Source: Phoronis australis
Lineage: Eukaryota > Animalia > Phoronida
Direction: 5' to 3'
DNA: 64,000 nucleotides
Assembly: GCA_002633005.1 (NCBI GenBank)
Contig: NMRA01000583.1
Coordinates: 77,994 to 141,993, forward strand
The notes beneath the pieces were generated by a model. The model was not told the DNA's origin and made no database searches. It saw only the letters and a list, made by a program, of their open reading frames with translations. Every line of letters begins with the position of its first letter. Position 1 is the first letter of the stretch. The translations under genes and the position numbers were made by a program. Shown one piece after another: positions 62,616 to 64,000 of this stretch.

Positions 62616-63462
62616 TCTACTTATACCACATACTGAACGAGAAACATTGCAATGAATCGATCTACATGTACCTCTCTAGACTTGCCTCGGCTTTGTAACT
62701 ACTTTCTATGTCAGAAGCCAGGGGTCGGAGGTCGTGACCTTTTAAGAAAAGCCTAGCTATTTTTGTCAAATAATGCTCTTACTCAAAACCAATTGAAAAA
62801 TAAAACAAAATAGAAGTAAAGTGAATCTATAAAGTAAGGTTTAGCAACTATTATACATGTAGCTTACTACACATTTTATCACGCTAAGCTTCGACCGGGA
62901 AATATCGTCTGCTAATGTAGGTTACCACAAGTAAGTGACTATAATGCTCAAGTCAAAGGATCCCGACGACACGATACCCGCATTAAAATTAGAGATCGGT
63001 GATTTACAAGTGGGAGAACACGAGAGAAAATTTTTACTGAATTAAAATATCGTTTCTATGGAAATTATGCGTCTTATTTTTCATAGCGTATAAATGTCGG
63101 TGCAATGCCCTTTGCTGAGCATATGATTGTGGCGCATGCTCATTTAAGTATTCTATTTTCACGTTCGATGACGTCAGTCGCTGAGTGGTGTAGTTGTAAA
63201 GTCGGCGACTCGAAACTCTTGAGGCCCGGGTTCGAATCCCGCCAAAATGTTATCTCACTAATATTGTGGTATAAGCTTTAATATTCTATACAATAGTCAA
63301 TATTCGGCATTTTCCTTACGACGCTATGTGTAGTCATAAGTAAAGTTTGAGACAAATGGGTCCTTCCTCTTTTCTAACGGAATTTTAAGAAAATGGAACT
63401 GCTTTTCAATAGACTAAAGCCATATAGGCGTATGCAGTGAACACTAAAATTCTTTCTTCATC

Positions 63463-63795
63463 TGTGAAAATTCACCACTGCCTTCATTGCAAAAAGTATT
63501 TTGAACTCATTGAACGGGAGATGCGATGGAAACTATAGTCAAAACATCAGTGCCTATCAGTAGTAATTTGCCAGTAGACCATATGCACATGTGTGTTATA
63601 AACTGTTATATATATACAGCAAGTGAAATTTGACGGGATTGCTCAAGTATTTCAGTTTATAACACACATGTGCATATGGTCTACTGGCAAATTACTACTG
63701 ATAGGCACTGATGTTTTGACTATAGTTTCCATCGCATCTCCCGTTCAATGAGTTCAAAATACTTTTTGCAATGAAGGCAGTGGTGAATTTTCACA
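63463..63795. repeat. Perfect 143-bp inverted repeat with 47-bp spacer, followed by (TA)n
   Basis: 63463-63605 is the exact reverse complement of 63653-63795. Confidence 0.95.
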
Positions 63796-64000
63796 TATAT
63801 ATATATATATATATATATATGCTCGGAATATGTCCCGAAAATAATAGGTGCGTCGCAAGCTCTGTTTCCAGAGATACAAAGGAGACCGTGTATAGGCGAA
63901 TATAAGGTCATTTATTATGACTGATAAGGTAAAGAAATATGAGTGTACAAATAACATAAAGATAAAATAATAATCTCTGGAAAGATGGGCAATAAAAAGC

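Noticed and set aside
63181-63245. Possible tRNA gene
   Set aside because: A/B boxes are present but acceptor and anticodon stems do not pair; SINE-like remnant.

Overview
Intron-rich, AT-rich genomic DNA from an invertebrate animal (lophotrochozoan/mollusc-like by gene and transposon style; this is an inference). Most short ORFs in the track are spurious. Four protein genes were reconstructed by hand with phase-consistent splice sites. (1) The 5' half of transportin (TNPO1/2), minus strand, runs off the left edge. Its first intron looks U12-type, two introns each carry a SNORD81-like C/D snoRNA, and one expected exon is absent, probably lost at the N at 4532. (2) FBXW9, plus strand, 8 coding exons, 484 aa, head-to-head with TNPO. 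(3) An ankyrin protein with an intronless CDS, ANKRD63/ANKRD34-like, 461 aa. (4) A 5-exon, 200-aa protein (signal peptide, divergent CUB-like domain, TM helix, Cys-rich tail) that the ORF track essentially misses; its upstream region recurs at the right edge next to a perfect 143-bp inverted repeat, suggesting a tandem family. The rest holds nested DNA transposons with TSDs of 5, 6, 8 and 9 bp, an internally deleted Gypsy element whose gag folds into a 67-bp hairpin, and Penelope, Academ-like and RTEX-like relics. No prokaryote-type system (CRISPR etc.) is present, and I cannot claim a wholly new biological system from this sequence alone.
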